Source: Octopus bimaculoides (Eukaryota). From it: 64,000 bases of DNA. The position numbers and the translations under genes are program-made. Shown piece by piece: positions 12,626 to 26,967 of the stretch. The notes below the pieces were generated by a model. It had not been told where the DNA came from. It saw only the letters and a list, made by a program, of their open reading frames with translations, and made no database searches. Positions within the stretch are counted from its first letter, which is position 1; each line of letters starts with the position of its first letter. The stretch lies in NCBI RefSeq assembly GCF_001194135.2, contig NC_068997.1, positions 55,241,995-55,305,994 of the forward strand. Reading direction: 5' to 3'.

Positions 12626-14397
12626 CTTATCAATAGATGACATTTGCAATCAGCAGAGAAAACTTAACGGAAAACAAATTGGAACTATTTATGTCTTTAA
12701 TGATGTGATGAATGTCAGTATTCAGCTTAAGTAACCACAGTTGCACAGATTATAGAAATTACATGTGGTGCCTCTGTTGTCTGCACTTTAAACCAGATGG
12801 AAAGTCAGTGAGGAAGCTTCTGTAGAACCATCATTATATCAGTTTAGACTCTATGAATAGTCATTCTTTTTGAGTGTAACTAATTTGGTATCACCACTCT
12901 CAAATATAGATAACTCCCTAATATACATATAATGCTTGCATATAAAAACATACTCGTCATCATCAGAGTTCCTAGCAGAATAACATAGTTAAAAGAAAGA
13001 CCTGTTTTATTTACAAGCTTTACCAAACAGTATTGCTATTATATTTTTAAAGGATTAATATATTTTAGTGTACCACAGTTTGAGTTTTTATGCTGTGTTT
13101 CAGAAAATTTATAATTCACATATTTTGGATGACAGCTCATGAAAAACTATAATATTTACTCAGGGAAGAGAAATGTTGCTGTCTTTAACAATTACTATTT
13201 TATGATTGTATAACAAAACATTATGTAACAAGGTAATTTAAGAGAAATTTATCTATGTGCACTATGAAAATATTGATGTATATTTTTCTGATAACTAACT
13301 TCAAAACTGACTGTTTGTGTTTCTTATAAATAGTATGTTTGTGTTTCTTTCTGCCAGCACAGTATGTAAAGATGGTATGTTTGTTCAATATGTTGGTGAA
13401 TCATTCTATACTTCTTTATTCTGTTAATCCTTTATCTCACAACTTTTAAACATACCATAGAAATGAAATAGAAGTGCTAAAGGAGAAGTAATGATACTCA
13501 TTCATAACCACAACACTTTAAGGGGAATATTAACATTCTCTCGCAATTCATTCATATCTTTTGTTGTTTCTTGCTTAAATCTAAATAACACACAATCTCA
13601 AGAAAAGTGATAATGTTTACCTAAGTAGCTCGGCCAAAGTAAGCTACTTGATGTTCCATGAATAATTACATATCGTGCATGCATGCGTATGTGTGTGTGT
13701 GTGCATGCTTGCATGTGTGCATGTGTACATATGCATTAGTGTGTATATATGGTTGTGTGAGTGTACATCAGTTTATTCATGTGTGTGTGTGTGTGCACAT
13801 TAGTGTGAATATGTGCGTATGTGAATCAGTGAGTATATTTGCAGCCACAAAACCCACGTTAACTCAGGAAGCACAGCTTCAAAAGCCAGTTTACTCTTAC
13901 AGTTATTTCTCAGTTTTTGCTGCTCCTCTCCAAATTTTAAGTAATTTCTCCATATTATTAAGCTTCTTTACACAACAACACACACACACATACATATCAT
14001 TTGATATACACAATTACAAAAGAGCTACAAGTAGTTTCATGCTTTCAAATACATTAAATTGGTAGATTTATATAACATGCCATGTATCTCTACAGCATAA
14101 AACAATTGGCAGCTCTTTTGTAATTGTGTATATTAAATTATATTTATTTCTGACTTTTGATGTTGGTCCTTGATCACTTTAATCGCATTATGAGATGTTT
14201 TTATTTGTAAAGATTCTCTGTCTATGTAGTCTGAGAGTGGAATGAAGCTATACCAGATAGAGTCATCCCAGACTAAATGTAAGCCATATAAAGTTCAGTA
14301 TTACTCAGAAAAACTATTACCTTAGATACAAAATCTTATGATGCACACTTAAGCATTTTTCTCTAAATATATTCATATAAAGAATGAGGCAGGCACT

Positions 14398-14748
14398 GGC
14401 ATGGCTGTGTGGTAAGAAGTTTGCTTCCCAACCACATGGTTCCAAGTTCAGTTCAACTGTGCCTTCTACTATAGCCTCAGGTCAACCAAAGCATTGTGAG
14501 TGGATTTGGTAGAATGCAACAGAAAGAAATGCGTTGTGTGTGTGTCTTCTGTGTGTTTGTCTCTCACCATCACTTGATAACTGTTGTTAGTATGTTTGCA
14601 TCCGAGTGACTTAGCAGTTCGACAAAAGAGACTAATAAACTAGGTATCAGCCTTAGTAAAACAATAACTCTATTTGTTTCACTAAAAGTTTTCAAGGTGA
14701 TGCCCCAGCATGGTCACAGCCTAATGAATGAAATAAGTAAAAGAGAAT
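14398..14748 (+). mobile_element. tRNA-derived SINE-like family B, near full length
   Basis: ggcatggctgtgtggtaagaagtttgcttcccaaccacatggttccaagttcag head, internal (TG)n, tail ccccagcatggtcacagcctaatgaatgaaataagtaaaaga. Confidence 0.85.
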
Positions 14749-14797
14749 AAGCAATAAACTAATGAAGTTCTCAGTTAACGAGGAAGATATTTTCTGG

Positions 14798-14960
14798 TTG
14801 CTAGAAATAGCAGCCAAATCTTCCATTTAAGATCTTACCATCATAAAAAGTAAAGGCATACTGTATAAAGCCAATAAGACAGACAGGATAATCATAACTA
14901 GTATATCATTGATCATAAGTTTACTTAGTCAAAACTAACCTGGACCTAAACACCAACTAA
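14798..14960 (+). mobile_element. Interspersed repeat family E copy
   Basis: gctagaaatagcagccaaatct...ctaacctggacctaaacaccaac. Confidence 0.6.
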
Positions 14961-15957
14961 TCAATCACTGATTGAGTGTCACTATATAGAAATCTAATCA
15001 TTTATTTTCATTTGTTACTCATTGAAATTGGTTAGCTTTTTATTCTATGAATAATTTCCCACTTTTTCTGATAATGTTTAGTTTCTGGTGCCAGGATCTG
15101 AGATAAATAAAACAGATCGCTTTCTATCGCATTTATGTAATAATACTGAGGGAAGTCTATACTTCACTGAGGGATAATAATAAACCCTGCAGATGTTAAT
15201 TAGCAATTTTAACAATGTTAATCAGTAGCAGCTGGTTTATCTCACTTTGTAACAAGGAATTTCACCATCCAAATTACTAACACTGAAAGCTGCAAATCCA
15301 TCATTAACAACAGACTGCACTTACATCCGAGAAACTAAATTATCTTCTGATAAAGCAACTGGGCTACAGCAGAAATTGAAGTGAATGGTAAGCCTCCCTC
15401 TTCGAGGAGCTTTGCTCAGTTTGGTTAAATGTGGAAACTACAAATTCTCTTGTGTTTCTACAATCGACATTTGGATTTAGTGTGTGAATGAAGAGTTTTG
15501 TGATGATGCAAAAAATTGAATAGCTTGAGATGGGAGCAGCTAAAGCTAAGAGATTGATAGGAAATGCCTGAGGCATTATGTTATCTTATCAAGAATCTAG
15601 ACAACTCAAACACTTATAATGATAAATTTTCAGCTATTTATACTATTAATTATTTCAACAATGTTAATAGGACTAATTATAGTAATTTTTTTAAAACCAT
15701 TTCTCAAAAACAAAAAAAAAAATGGTCCTTGAGCCAGTTCTAACAATCATTCCATGACAAAATGGTGAGAATCTTTAGTGTTAAACAGCAAAACAAGACA
15801 ATAATTGTTCTTCAAGACTTCAAAACACAAAACAAAAATGTGTGGATTCTAAGTAACTATCTTGTAAAGAGGTCTTTGAGTCTTGGAATTAGTGTGTATG
15901 TGTGTGTGTCTAAAATAGGAATTTCATGAAGATTAGATTTATCAACAAAAGTAGCTG

Positions 15958-16200
15958 TTATCATCTTCATCATCATCATTATAATTATTATTGCATTTTC
16001 CAAGCTGGCATGGGTTAGACAGTACACCAAGACATCTTACGCCAATGTATCAGTTTGATATGGTTTCTACAACTAAGTGTCTCGTCTAACACCATTTTTC
16101 ATGGCACCAACACTGCAGAGGTCTTGCCCTCAGCAAGATTAAAGAATCCTTTCAACCTTGGACTGTCTCTGCTCAGTTCACCAACCACTTTCGAGAGTGT
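15958..16200 (-). mobile_element. RTE-associated 3' repeat (family C), rearranged
   Basis: (CAT)n then ttccaagctggcatgggttagacag and caaccactttcgagagtgta; reverse of the family C tail. Confidence 0.5.
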
Positions 16201-18009
16201 ATTTTCTTTTCACGGCCTAGTACTAGGCCATGAAGAAAGATTAAAGAGACCCCCCACACACACACCTGAAAAAGAGAATGATGACTTTAGTCTGATCACT
16301 GAGAGAAGTTAGAGTGTGATGGAAGGAACAGATCTATGGTTGTGAGGTGGGTAGCAGTAGAGAAAATAGTGTGACAGTGGTGGTTAGGGGATTAATAGAA
16401 GAGAGAGAGAGAGGAGAAAAATAAGAAAGAAAGAGTATATTTTAAAAATGATATAAAATATTTCAGCTATGCTAATTACTGCTGAAATGTGATATATATT
16501 TTACAAAAGATTTTTCCTTTTTTTACTGTTTATTCCAGTATTTTAAATAAATTCTTAAATATGTATTGACTACGTTTAGAATGATATTTATTATGTCAAA
16601 AACATTCAAAATTTATAATTGCTAAATAATTTTTATTTTTATTTTTCATACTCTTACCACTTTATTTCCAACTTTATTTCAACATATTTTAAATTCTTTT
16701 GCAATTCAAAGCAAGACAATGGCATATCTCTAAAGGTATGACAATGTTTAAGAGAATTTCAGGCAACCTGTGCAATGGAAGAAATAATTTGTGCCAGTCT
16801 AGTCAATACCATAATAAACGGAAAGAGAAAAACAAAGAGAACAACTGGTTTCTAAATGGCACCTAAAGAATAAACAAGAGTTAAAATTGCTCCATCTTTA
16901 ATGGTTGAACTAGAATCTGACATATCACAACAGGTGATAGGAATATGAAAATGTAGGATTCTAAAGAGATATTTATTAGCAATTCTGTTGACGTTATAAC
17001 TCATTCTTAAAGTTCACTGTACAGAACTGATATAATAACTGTCTTGCATATAAAATATTTACAGCAGGAGTTAAAGAATTTTACTAAGAGAATGGTTTAT
17101 TAATCAAATAAATTATATATTAGGGTTTAAAACCATTAAAATCAACTGAAACCAATGGTGGAATAACAAAGACAGCAACTATAAAATGATAAAGAATGGT
17201 TTTAAATGCTAAAATGATAGTTTTAAAAAAAGTGAATCCTTTTTAATTCTATGTAAAACAAGTCAGTCATTTTGCAGTAGGCTTTGATGAATGTTATTGT
17301 TCTGCTAATTCTTGCTTCAATTCTAAGCCAGCAAGTCTTTTTGATTCCAGTTTGTATTAGTCCATCTATAATATAAATTCTTTCATTTTAAAGAGTTTTT
17401 TTTTATATAAATTAATCCACTCCCTGACAAGATTTTATGAAATAACTTTTTGTTGAATTATATTCTAAACATCAGGTTTTGAAAAACGGAATTATGTCAC
17501 AACGGAATTATAGTTTTCTTGACCTTGGTAAACGATCAGCATGCAAATTTAGGATGAAATATATTCCAACAATAACTATTTCATTTTTTTTTTTAGACAC
17601 AGTGCATGACATACAGGATGACATTACTGTGTCCTTCCTTTATTGTGATAATTCAAGGGAGAACTAGATACTACTACTACTACTGTTACAGTCACCACAA
17701 CACACCCACCCAGAGACTCCTTTGTTGGTTCATGTTAATAAAGTCAACACAGACGGTAAGAAGATTAACCTCTTCCTACACTTTTGGATGCATTGTAGAA
17801 GTTGGTCCGAGTTTTCCAAGGCAGTAGTTTCTATTTCTGAATTAACAAGCCTCAGATATTGATTTTATCATCATCATCATCATTATAAACTACTTTATTA
17901 TTCATTTCATTGTGATCCTTGAAGGACAACAACAAAAAAAAGATCCAGTACATTATTAGTAACATTAGCAATATACTTCCACTTCCCTCCTTTCTCTTTC
18001 CCCACCTAT

Positions 18010-18052
<43 letters not shown>

Positions 18053-18664
18053 ATGCATGCATTTCTTACTGAATATGAATGTTATTCTAATTACTTCTAA
18101 TTATGAAGATATAATAGCTTTTAAATTTACCACATGAAAATACATTTAATGCATGAAAAATGCCAAATGGTGAGGGATCATGGAGGAATCTAAGGATTAG
18201 GCTTATATTCGTTGATTATTGAAACAGATTTTGATGAGAAATAAAGAAGAATAAAATGTCGAGATTTGAAGGAAGCTTTTATATTAAAAGGTAAACTTAG
18301 AAAATATCGAACATGTCTTGCTGTATTGTGTATATTAAATAATATTTACATACAAATGTCAGGCAATATGTGTATGTGTGTGTGTGTACAAATAATGCAT
18401 AAAATGTGAATACACAGGTGTTTACTAATACCGATGTATACAATTAGATATCAACGTGTGTAAATATATTTTTACCAACGTACAGGTGTATATAAGACAA
18501 GAAACAAAAGCAAATAAACTCTGGCATTGAGTATATTATTGATCTATGAATGAGATTGAAGTCTGCATTATTAAAAGTCAGGGCAGACAATAAATTAGAA
18601 AGACTGCACAAATTATTGTTGCTGTTGCCATTATTATTATCATTATCATTTCATCTGTTGCTAT

Positions 18665-18812
18665 GGTCTGTGTTCAAATTCCACCAAGGTCAACTTTGCC
18701 TTTCATCATTTTGGAGTTGATAAAATAAGTACCGGTTGCATACTGGGGATCGATGTAGTTGACTCATCCTCTACCCCAAAACTGCTGCCCTTGTGACAAA
18801 ATTTGAAACCAA
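18665..18812 (+). mobile_element. SINE-like family A, 5'-truncated
   Basis: gttcaaattccaccaaggtcaactttgcctttcatc..ataagtaccggttgcatactgggg, flanked by (ATT/ATC)n. Confidence 0.8.
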
Positions 18813-20409
18813 CATTATGATTATCATCATCATCATTATCATCAGCATCGTTATTATTCAGGTGGTGAATCGGTTGTGAGGCTCTTATAGGTCTTTACGA
18901 GAAATGGGCTACTTCTCTAGTGATGGTGTCACAACAAACACACTCAGTACACTGTACACACACATACACACCATTTTAACACTTCACCATCAACTTAAAA
19001 TGGGAAATATTTTTAATGAATTACAGGTTGACTTTATGAAATAAATGACTTCACACTCTTATCAAGATTTCTAACAAACCCAATTAATTCTTGTGAATGT
19101 TGATGCCTTGACAAAATCTATTAATAATAATCTATAATTTATATTTTTATTTAATGTGAAACAGCTTCTAACATCACAGACAAAACATTATTTTGGTAAG
19201 GTTTCCCTAAATATACCTACAGAAATGGGGTACTGTTGTGTTTTTATTGTCAATAAATGTAATACTTTCACTATTTGTCATTGAAAGTAACTTGATAGAT
19301 CTTGCTGAAATCCAAAATATCCTTCCCCACTCCACCCCCACTTTTTCTCTCTCTCTCTCTCTCACTTTCTCTGTTCAGTGCAAAAGATAATATCAGAATA
19401 TTCAATACACAATTTAATGAGGGACTTCAGTTTGCTATTTGTTATTCAGAGCATTCTTTCTTATTTGGTTTCTTCAACAGGGCCCAAATGGAACATCAAA
19501 TATTTGCAATAAAGAAATTTGATCTCCATAATCTAAACTCTCAAATAATTTCCTTCAACTGTTAGCATTACCAAATTGTAGCTTCTTGGAACCATGTAGA
19601 CTGTCTTTCTTTCAACCATCCTTTTCTTTCCTTTCTTTTTTCCTATTCATTTTTTCTCTTTCTATTTCATTCATCTTTTCCCTTCTATCTCTTTTCTTTC
19701 TATCTTATTTCTTTTTTTCCTTCTTTTCTTTTTAAGCCAGCATCTAAATGAAAAACTACAAACTCTTTCAACAGATGCTCAAGTTTCCAACCATTTCAAA
19801 GACAGGGAGCACTAAGCTGTAAGAAACACCAAGTTCCATACTATCTTTTCAAAGGATCTACCATTTCCCAGGCAATTTGCAAAAATGTCAGAAGAAAAAT
19901 AAAATTTATAAGTCAACAAATCATTTTGGTTTTAGATGTCTGTTTGCAGATTTTAGAATTTCTTGCATGTCACAGAATGTTGTGTGGCACAAAGTAATGG
20001 GAATATTCTCTAGAAAGCTTTTTCTTTGAATCCATTTTAGTGCTCTCTATCACTAATGGATCCAAATAAATAAACACAGGGTGACTCAGTGAATCAGTGA
20101 ACCCAGAAAACTGGTCTAACAATCAGCTGCATTTGAGACAAGTCAAAGCCAATATCTTCAGCTCTGAACCAGTCCTCCTCTGTCATAAAGGAATGTTCCA
20201 ATTGAGCTGCCTTTCAGAAATTAGATGGCAGCAAACATTAATGCTATTTTAGTGTCAAACTTTTCTGTGTCTTCAATAAATTGATATAAGTGTGAAATCA
20301 TGCACCACACACCGAGACAACAAGACTGGTTTTAAGGAACACAAATATGCATCAGTAAATAGGTTCAGACATATATGCACATTACATACATGCATACATA
20401 TATAAAGCG

Positions 20410-20448
<39 letters not shown>

Positions 20449-20544
20449 TTATATGCATAACATTAAAGACAAGCAAAAGGTTATAATAATAAATAAATAA
20501 TAAATAAATCTATGCACTCACAAATACTATAACATAAACATATA

Positions 20545-20566
20545 TCTGTGAACAGGTGTGTGTATG

Positions 20567-20609
<43 letters not shown>

Positions 20610-20678
20610 CACATATACACACACCTATATGCATACATACTTACACATATACATATGTGCATATACATACACACACAT

Positions 20679-20726
<48 letters not shown>

Positions 20727-20765
20727 GTACACACACCTTTATGTGTGTGTGTGTGTGTGTGTGCA
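20545..20765. repeat. Compound (TA)n/(CA)n/(GT)n microsatellite
   Basis: Directly visible. Confidence 0.95.
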
Positions 20766-21370
20766 TTTACAGATGTTTGCAAGCTTGATACATGACATCA
20801 ACTCTTGTTCAGCCGTATCGATGTCTTGCTATAGAAGAATCTAAAATAAATATTCACATACAACGTTAAACTTTTTGTAAGCTTGTTCCTGTAAATGCTG
20901 CAACATATGCCTGTAAAGTGGTGCACATATGCATCTAAAGTGCAGCACATAGCTTACAATAACAGTCAAATTCATTGTGAGTCACCTGCTGACTTGTAAT
21001 GATTGACTTCTCCATTCACTCATATACCACATAGGTGTGAATATAGAAAAAGCTGTTCCTCTCAAAATGAAGCAAACTCACTCAAAACAGCTGCAATAGA
21101 AAATGTCGCTGCATTTTAGATGTGTTACTTGGTTTGAAGCTCTGCCAAAATGTGTTTGCATGTTATGTTTTTCATGAAATACACTTCCTAAACAATACTT
21201 GTTAAAGCATTTTCTTTTTTCTTCTCTCCAGCAGATTTGCCAGCTGCTAATCTATATTCCTTGCCACATGTTCTCTTCAAGCAATATCACCAACCAATTA
21301 AACTGTCAAAGGTCTTTGAAAAATTGATCACATTGTTAAATCTTAGTCAACAAATGTGATAAATCACTTA

Positions 21371-21405
<35 letters not shown>

Positions 21406-22657
21406 TAATAATAAATTATTTGTCAGAGTAACAAGTGAATACACAAATGTGTGTATCTACAAATATGTGTGTGTATTGGGGTGGTTATGTCCTATTGCTG
21501 GTATGTACGCATGCATACATTTATATATGTGTGTGTGTGTGTACATATATGATTATCTATCTCAATATATATATATGTATGTATGTCTGTCTGTGTGTGA
21601 GTTCACTTCATCTGTCACTTTCTGGAAACAATCAAATCTTATAGTTTTCTTAATAAAACTACAAATTCCTTGTTTTATATTCATCATTCATCTTATCTAA
21701 CCTGGCTACAAGCCAACAAAAGACCCTCTACATGTTAATTTAGCATGCTAGAATTAACAGCAAACTCTCCCTCAGATCCTCTTACCACAATCAAGGTACT
21801 ACAGTAAAGGTGTGATTTGATTTGGGTTCATCTGAGAGTTTACATAAAAAAGGCAGCCACCAACACAATCCAACTCAGTTACACATGCCATACTCCCCAC
21901 CCTTCAATAACTGACTGTACACATGTGAAGACCCCTTCTCATTCCAGTCAACTTTTACCTCAATTAGACATAAAAAATGACAAAAAATTTACAATTATTC
22001 TGGATGAGAGTTCCACTTTCACTATCTATCTATCTATCTATCTATCTATCCATCTCAACTACTTTCACTATCTATCTATCTATATTTATCTTTACACAAA
22101 ATTCTTTGATTAACAAAGACATCAGACAAATGTGTCTATTTTCTGAAAATATCCAAATTAAATTAGTCAGAGAAAATGATGCTATCCTCATGAGAGTTCA
22201 AATCTTCACTGCTTTCCTCCCACATCAGTGAGCTTGATGAAGTCAGAACTCAGTCTGAAAAAATCTGCAGAAATATTTCTGAGAGACTTTTTAAGTTGTC
22301 CACACCTCCCCACAGACTCACATCTATCTGCCCTACCCCTTTCTGAAAACCTAGTTGGTGCAGAGACTGAAGCCAACTAATAACTTCTCTTCCTTCTACA
22401 CACATGTTGCTACATTCTACATTTATCCAACTAATAATCAGAAAATGAACAGCCTACAATTGTCTACTACAAGATGTAACATTGCTAGAAATAAATAAAC
22501 AGAACGTTCAAAGCCAGGAAATCGTTGCACATTACTATCACCTTTATATCTCAAAAAGAAGAGACCTTTCTGGCACTCATAACTATTTACACTTCTGCTT
22601 TAGACTCTACTGTAACTATGGGTATAGAAACCATCTACAATGGACGTCCATAACACT

Positions 22658-22695
<38 letters not shown>

Positions 22696-23751
22696 CGACT
22701 GCTAACATGGACCAGTTCCAAAATAATGGTTATGTTGGTGATCAAGTTTCTTGAATAGCTTTATAATTTCTTTTTTTTTTTTTTTTTACAAAACTGTGTA
22801 TGGTGTAGGAATTATACGGCAAAAGTAAAACANNNNNNNNNNTTTTTTTTTTTTTTTTTTACAAAACTGTGTATGGTGTAGGAATTATACGGCAAAAGTA
22901 AAACATTTAATGCAATAAATCAGCTTTTGAATAGAGGATATGTTTAAGTTAGGAAACTGCAAGGATTCACAAATTTTTATTTGACTCGTTAACTTAGACA
23001 CGAGACAAACAATCTCCGCATCAATAAGGAATTCATCCTTCACAGATAATTCTTATTGTCATAATTGGTTTTTAATTTCAGGGCATCCTTCACTGACCAG
23101 ACATTTAGTCAAAAGCATTTCAACCATGTGTAAGCTGTTCTTTCCTCAAGTGTCATATATTTAAGACTACATCATCCAAAATGTACCTTCTTTTTCAAAG
23201 TCATATAATATGATTTGAAAAATTTAGCTGTTATATCTAGCAAGTTGAAGAACCCTGTAGAGATTCCTTCATTGGTTTGTCTATAAACAACATTTACCTG
23301 GTAGGAATTGACCAGAATCCTGCATTCCAATAAATCTCTCATCAATTCTACAATGTTGATGAGAGTGAAATGTGCTGACCACAGCCGCAAGACTAGGCCA
23401 GTGACAGGTTATTGATAAACTATCAATATCTTCTTTGGTCATCTGTCAGGCTCTTGATTGGTCTGATGTAGGTGTGAATGTCTCATTGGAAATATGAAGG
23501 TATTTTGGGTTGGCAGGATGGAACATTATAAAAGAGTGGATTTTAATGATGAAGCATTATTAACAGGGGACAAACGATGGAGGGAAGAAAGAGAATTAAA
23601 AAAAAAGTAAAAGGTAACATGCATAAGGAAAGGAACTGAAGGAAAAAAGACATGTATATACGGATGTATCATGATAGAGATCTGGACAGACATGGATCCA
23701 GTGACCTCAGTTCAAATCTCGGTGAGAGCTTAATACTTTCTTTTTTAACCG

Positions 23752-23972
23752 TAGGTATGCCTGTGTAGTAGGAAGTTTACTTCCCAATAACATGTTTCAG
23801 GGTTCACTCCTACTGCGTGGTTTTTACATTTCTTAGTGGTTTGGCAAAAGAGATTGATAAAACAAATACCAGGCTTAAAAAATATAAAATACGGGGTTGA
23901 TTTGTTTGACTAAAGTCTACAGGGCAAGTGCACCAGCATGGCTGCAGTCCAATGACTAAAATACATAAAAGA
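23752..23972 (+). mobile_element. SINE-like family B with a large internal deletion
   Basis: Head (ggtatgcctgtgtagtaggaagtttacttcccaat...ctgcgtgg) is joined directly to the 3' part (cttagtggtttggcaaaagag...ccagcatggctgcagtccaatgac). Confidence 0.75.
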
Positions 23973-24894
23973 TAGATATGTATGTATGTATGTAAAACAG
24001 GGAGAGAGAGAAGTAACTAAAAGAGGAAAAATTATATATCAGTAAATGAAGAAAAAAAATTTGGAGATTGAAATAGAGACAGAGATAGTGATAAGGATAA
24101 AAAGGAAGGATAAGACAAACAAGCCGAAAGTTGAATAAATAAGTAAAATCTGAGTTTATTTAGTAAGATGGAGATATAAGATTGTTGCCAGTGTCTTCTC
24201 CATCTTCTATAAGCAAAAAGCAGCCATGCTTGTGGAGAAACAGTGGAGTAATTTAAAAGGGGTGAAGAGGGTGGAGAATTGTTGTTAAAGGTAAGAGTGT
24301 GTTGGGTGGGGGGATATCAGTCTGAACAGTGGAAAGGTTCTGTAGTGGAGCAGTGTGGTGGTGGTGGTGGTGGTAGAGGGTTGTCGGATGTTCAAGTGAA
24401 CATTGTTGGAATAGGAGGAGGTGGAGGAAACAAAAGTTAGTGAAATGAGTTGATAGAAAAAGAATGAATGGGCGTCAGAATAAAGAGGAGGAGGAGGAGG
24501 AGGGAAATTGTGGTTAGTTAGAATTCCGTGTTGTAAGACTAGAGGTGGGAAAGAAAGGAATGGGAATAGGATGTTGGAGAAAGGAAAGTCCCAAGGGCTT
24601 GGATTAAATAGTGAGTGATTAGACAAATAATTAAGAAATAAAAAGAGGCAAACATAAGGAGGACAGGGAGGAGGAGAGAGAGAGTGTGTGTGTGTGTAAG
24701 GGGTGTTTGATAATTGAACTAAAATTGCTCTGGAAAAGATCCTATTAAAGGAAATATACCTCAGAGGGAAATGAGTGAGAGAGAGACGGAGAGGGAGAAA
24801 ATTAAGCAATGAATAAGGCACATTATGTATGAAGAATTGCTATGAGAAAAAAAAGATGAGTTTAAAAATATTTCATCTGAGAAAAAGTAAAAGG

Positions 24895-25038
24895 GAAGAA
24901 GAAGAAGAAGAAGAAGAAGAAGAAGAAGAAGAAGAAGAAGAAGAAGAAGAAGAAGAAGAAGAAGAAGAAGAAGAAGAAGAAGAAGAAGAAGAAGAAGAAG
25001 AAGAAGAAGAAGAAGAAGAAGAAGAAGAAGAAGAAGAA
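24895..25038. repeat. Pure (GAA)48 trinucleotide tract
   Basis: 144 nt of uninterrupted gaa. Confidence 0.97.
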
Positions 25039-25513
25039 GGAAAAAAGAGTTTTGCAAAATGTAAAAATAGCAAATTTATATCACCAGCATTGTTGGGTTG
25101 ATGCAGATTTATTTGATTGTCTAAGAGGCATAGGAATGAGTAAAGTAGAAAGATGAATATATATACTTGTAAGTTGTGTGTGTGGGTGTGTATTGTATGC
25201 ATATGTAAGTATATGAAGTGAATTCAGTTGATGATAAAACTGTTATATAGCATTTAACACCTTTTTTGTTCACATTCTCCATTCTCTATGAGGTGATAAA
25301 TCAATGTAGCTGGGATAAACCATTGTAAATTGTACATGCAATATGAAATTTCTGAAATTTCATTTCCAACATCAAGAAAATACATCAAGAACATGAATTT
25401 GACAATTTTTACTCAGAAGGAGTAAATGTTATAAATATATCCTCAAGATGAATTTTACCCTTAGTGAGTTAGCAATGAGACAAACATATCAAACAATGTC
25501 CCTTCATGTAATA

Positions 25514-25645
25514 TGCAAGTGGGTCTGCTTGGTGTGTATGTAAAAGACAAGTGGATCTGCATGGTGTTTACATGAGCTGCAAGTGGATATAGGATGTGTC
25601 ACAAGTGATTCTGCATAATGTATAAACAGGATGCAACTGAATCTG
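25514..25645. repeat. Degenerate ~32-bp minisatellite, about 4 units
   Basis: Recurrent caagtggatctgcatggtgt-like units. Confidence 0.6.
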
Positions 25646-26917
25646 TTGAAAGTGAAGGTGCAATGATGTTAGCGTACTAGTCTATATGGACGTATGAATT
25701 TATGTTTTCATTGAGTTGGTGTGCAACGTGAAACAGGATTTTATTCTTTTCTGAACTATAAAATGCAGCTTCAAAAAGTGTTGACTTGCTAATGCAGTAT
25801 TGAGCTAATGATGCTGGAGTCATGATATTGATACAAACTTATGATACTATTCTGCTCCATGACATTTTGGCAGCTGGGAGAAGAGATATTTTGAATGCTG
25901 CCCATTGTTGCTATGTTTACCCCACCCAGGTGTCTCTTCCTTCCAACACTCATATTATGCTTAACCTCACCTCCAACTTCTAAAATAACCAATATGTCCA
26001 GTCCTTTCTTCTCAAGGTGTTGGCTCTTTCGAATTTTCTCCCTGCATGTGTCTTTCCCATTATATAAAATTACTTCACATATATGTGTGCATGTGTGTGT
26101 GTATGTGTGATTGTGTATATGTATACATGTATGTGTGTAAGTATACATACATGTACAGATGGGAGGTGAAAGAGAAAGAAAACTAAGGAACAGATTCAGA
26201 AAAAAAGGGGGAAAAAAGCAAGAATGATGTGCAATTGGGATAAAAAAAACCCCCAAAAAAACGAAGTTATGAAGGTGTGAGACAAGAAAGAGTGAATAAA
26301 AGTATGGTAAGAGACAGAAGTAAAGACATAAGCAAAATAACAAGAGAAGGAGGTGGGTAGGAGGTGGGTGGAGTCGTTGGCAAAAATAACAACAAAAGCA
26401 AATCAAAAAATATTCAGATGAAAAAAAAATAAGGAAATAAAAGGAAAGTAAAAAAAAGAAAATCGTATAAAAATCGGAAGCTGAATGATATATTAGGAAA
26501 TGGTATGGTTTTGCCCATATAACCATGATGATAGTGAAATGTGTTGAGTGGAAGAAGAGCTGTTCAAAAAGTCTGATATAATATGATTGAAGATGTTTGT
26601 TTTATCTTGTGTTAAACTACTTCTTTCTTACAAGCCTTTTGTCAATTTACTTATCCAATTTTATTGGGTAGAAAGGAAGAAGTTAACAAGTTTTATTTTG
26701 CTTTCTTTATATTTCTAAAGCTTTCTAAATCTTCCTTTAACTGATTTGGCTGATTTTCATTTCAGAATGTTCTGACAGCATTTACTCTTCTCCTAAACTT
26801 AACTCCACCTTACTGCCGACTTTGATCACTATTGCTGTTTTCAAAAGGAGGCAATAACTTCCATAAGTTAAGCCAAGTCCTTTTTTCTATTCTGCATATA
26901 TGTAAAGCTTTCCCTCT

Positions 26918-26967
<50 letters not shown>

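Noticed and set aside
16211-16232. 16-bp perfect palindrome ggcctagtactaggcc
   Set aside because: Isolated, lies within a decayed repeat, and is compatible with chance.
20094-20210. Minus-strand peptide AAQLEHSFMTEEDWFRAEDIGFDLSQMQLIVRPVFWVH*
   Set aside because: Short, weak acceptor, no donor, no recognised homolog.
22771-22905. Exact ~60-bp direct duplication (T-run + acaaaactgtgtatgg...aaaca)
   Set aside because: The copies sit on either side of a 10-N gap, typical of an unmerged contig overlap (assembly artefact).
24285-24821. 178-aa minus-strand ORF
   Set aside because: Product of a pyrimidine-rich strand with few stops; low complexity, no domain.
25789-26526. 245-aa minus-strand ORF with hydrophobic stretches
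   Set aside because: F/L/C-rich translation of T-rich and microsatellite DNA; no family motif.
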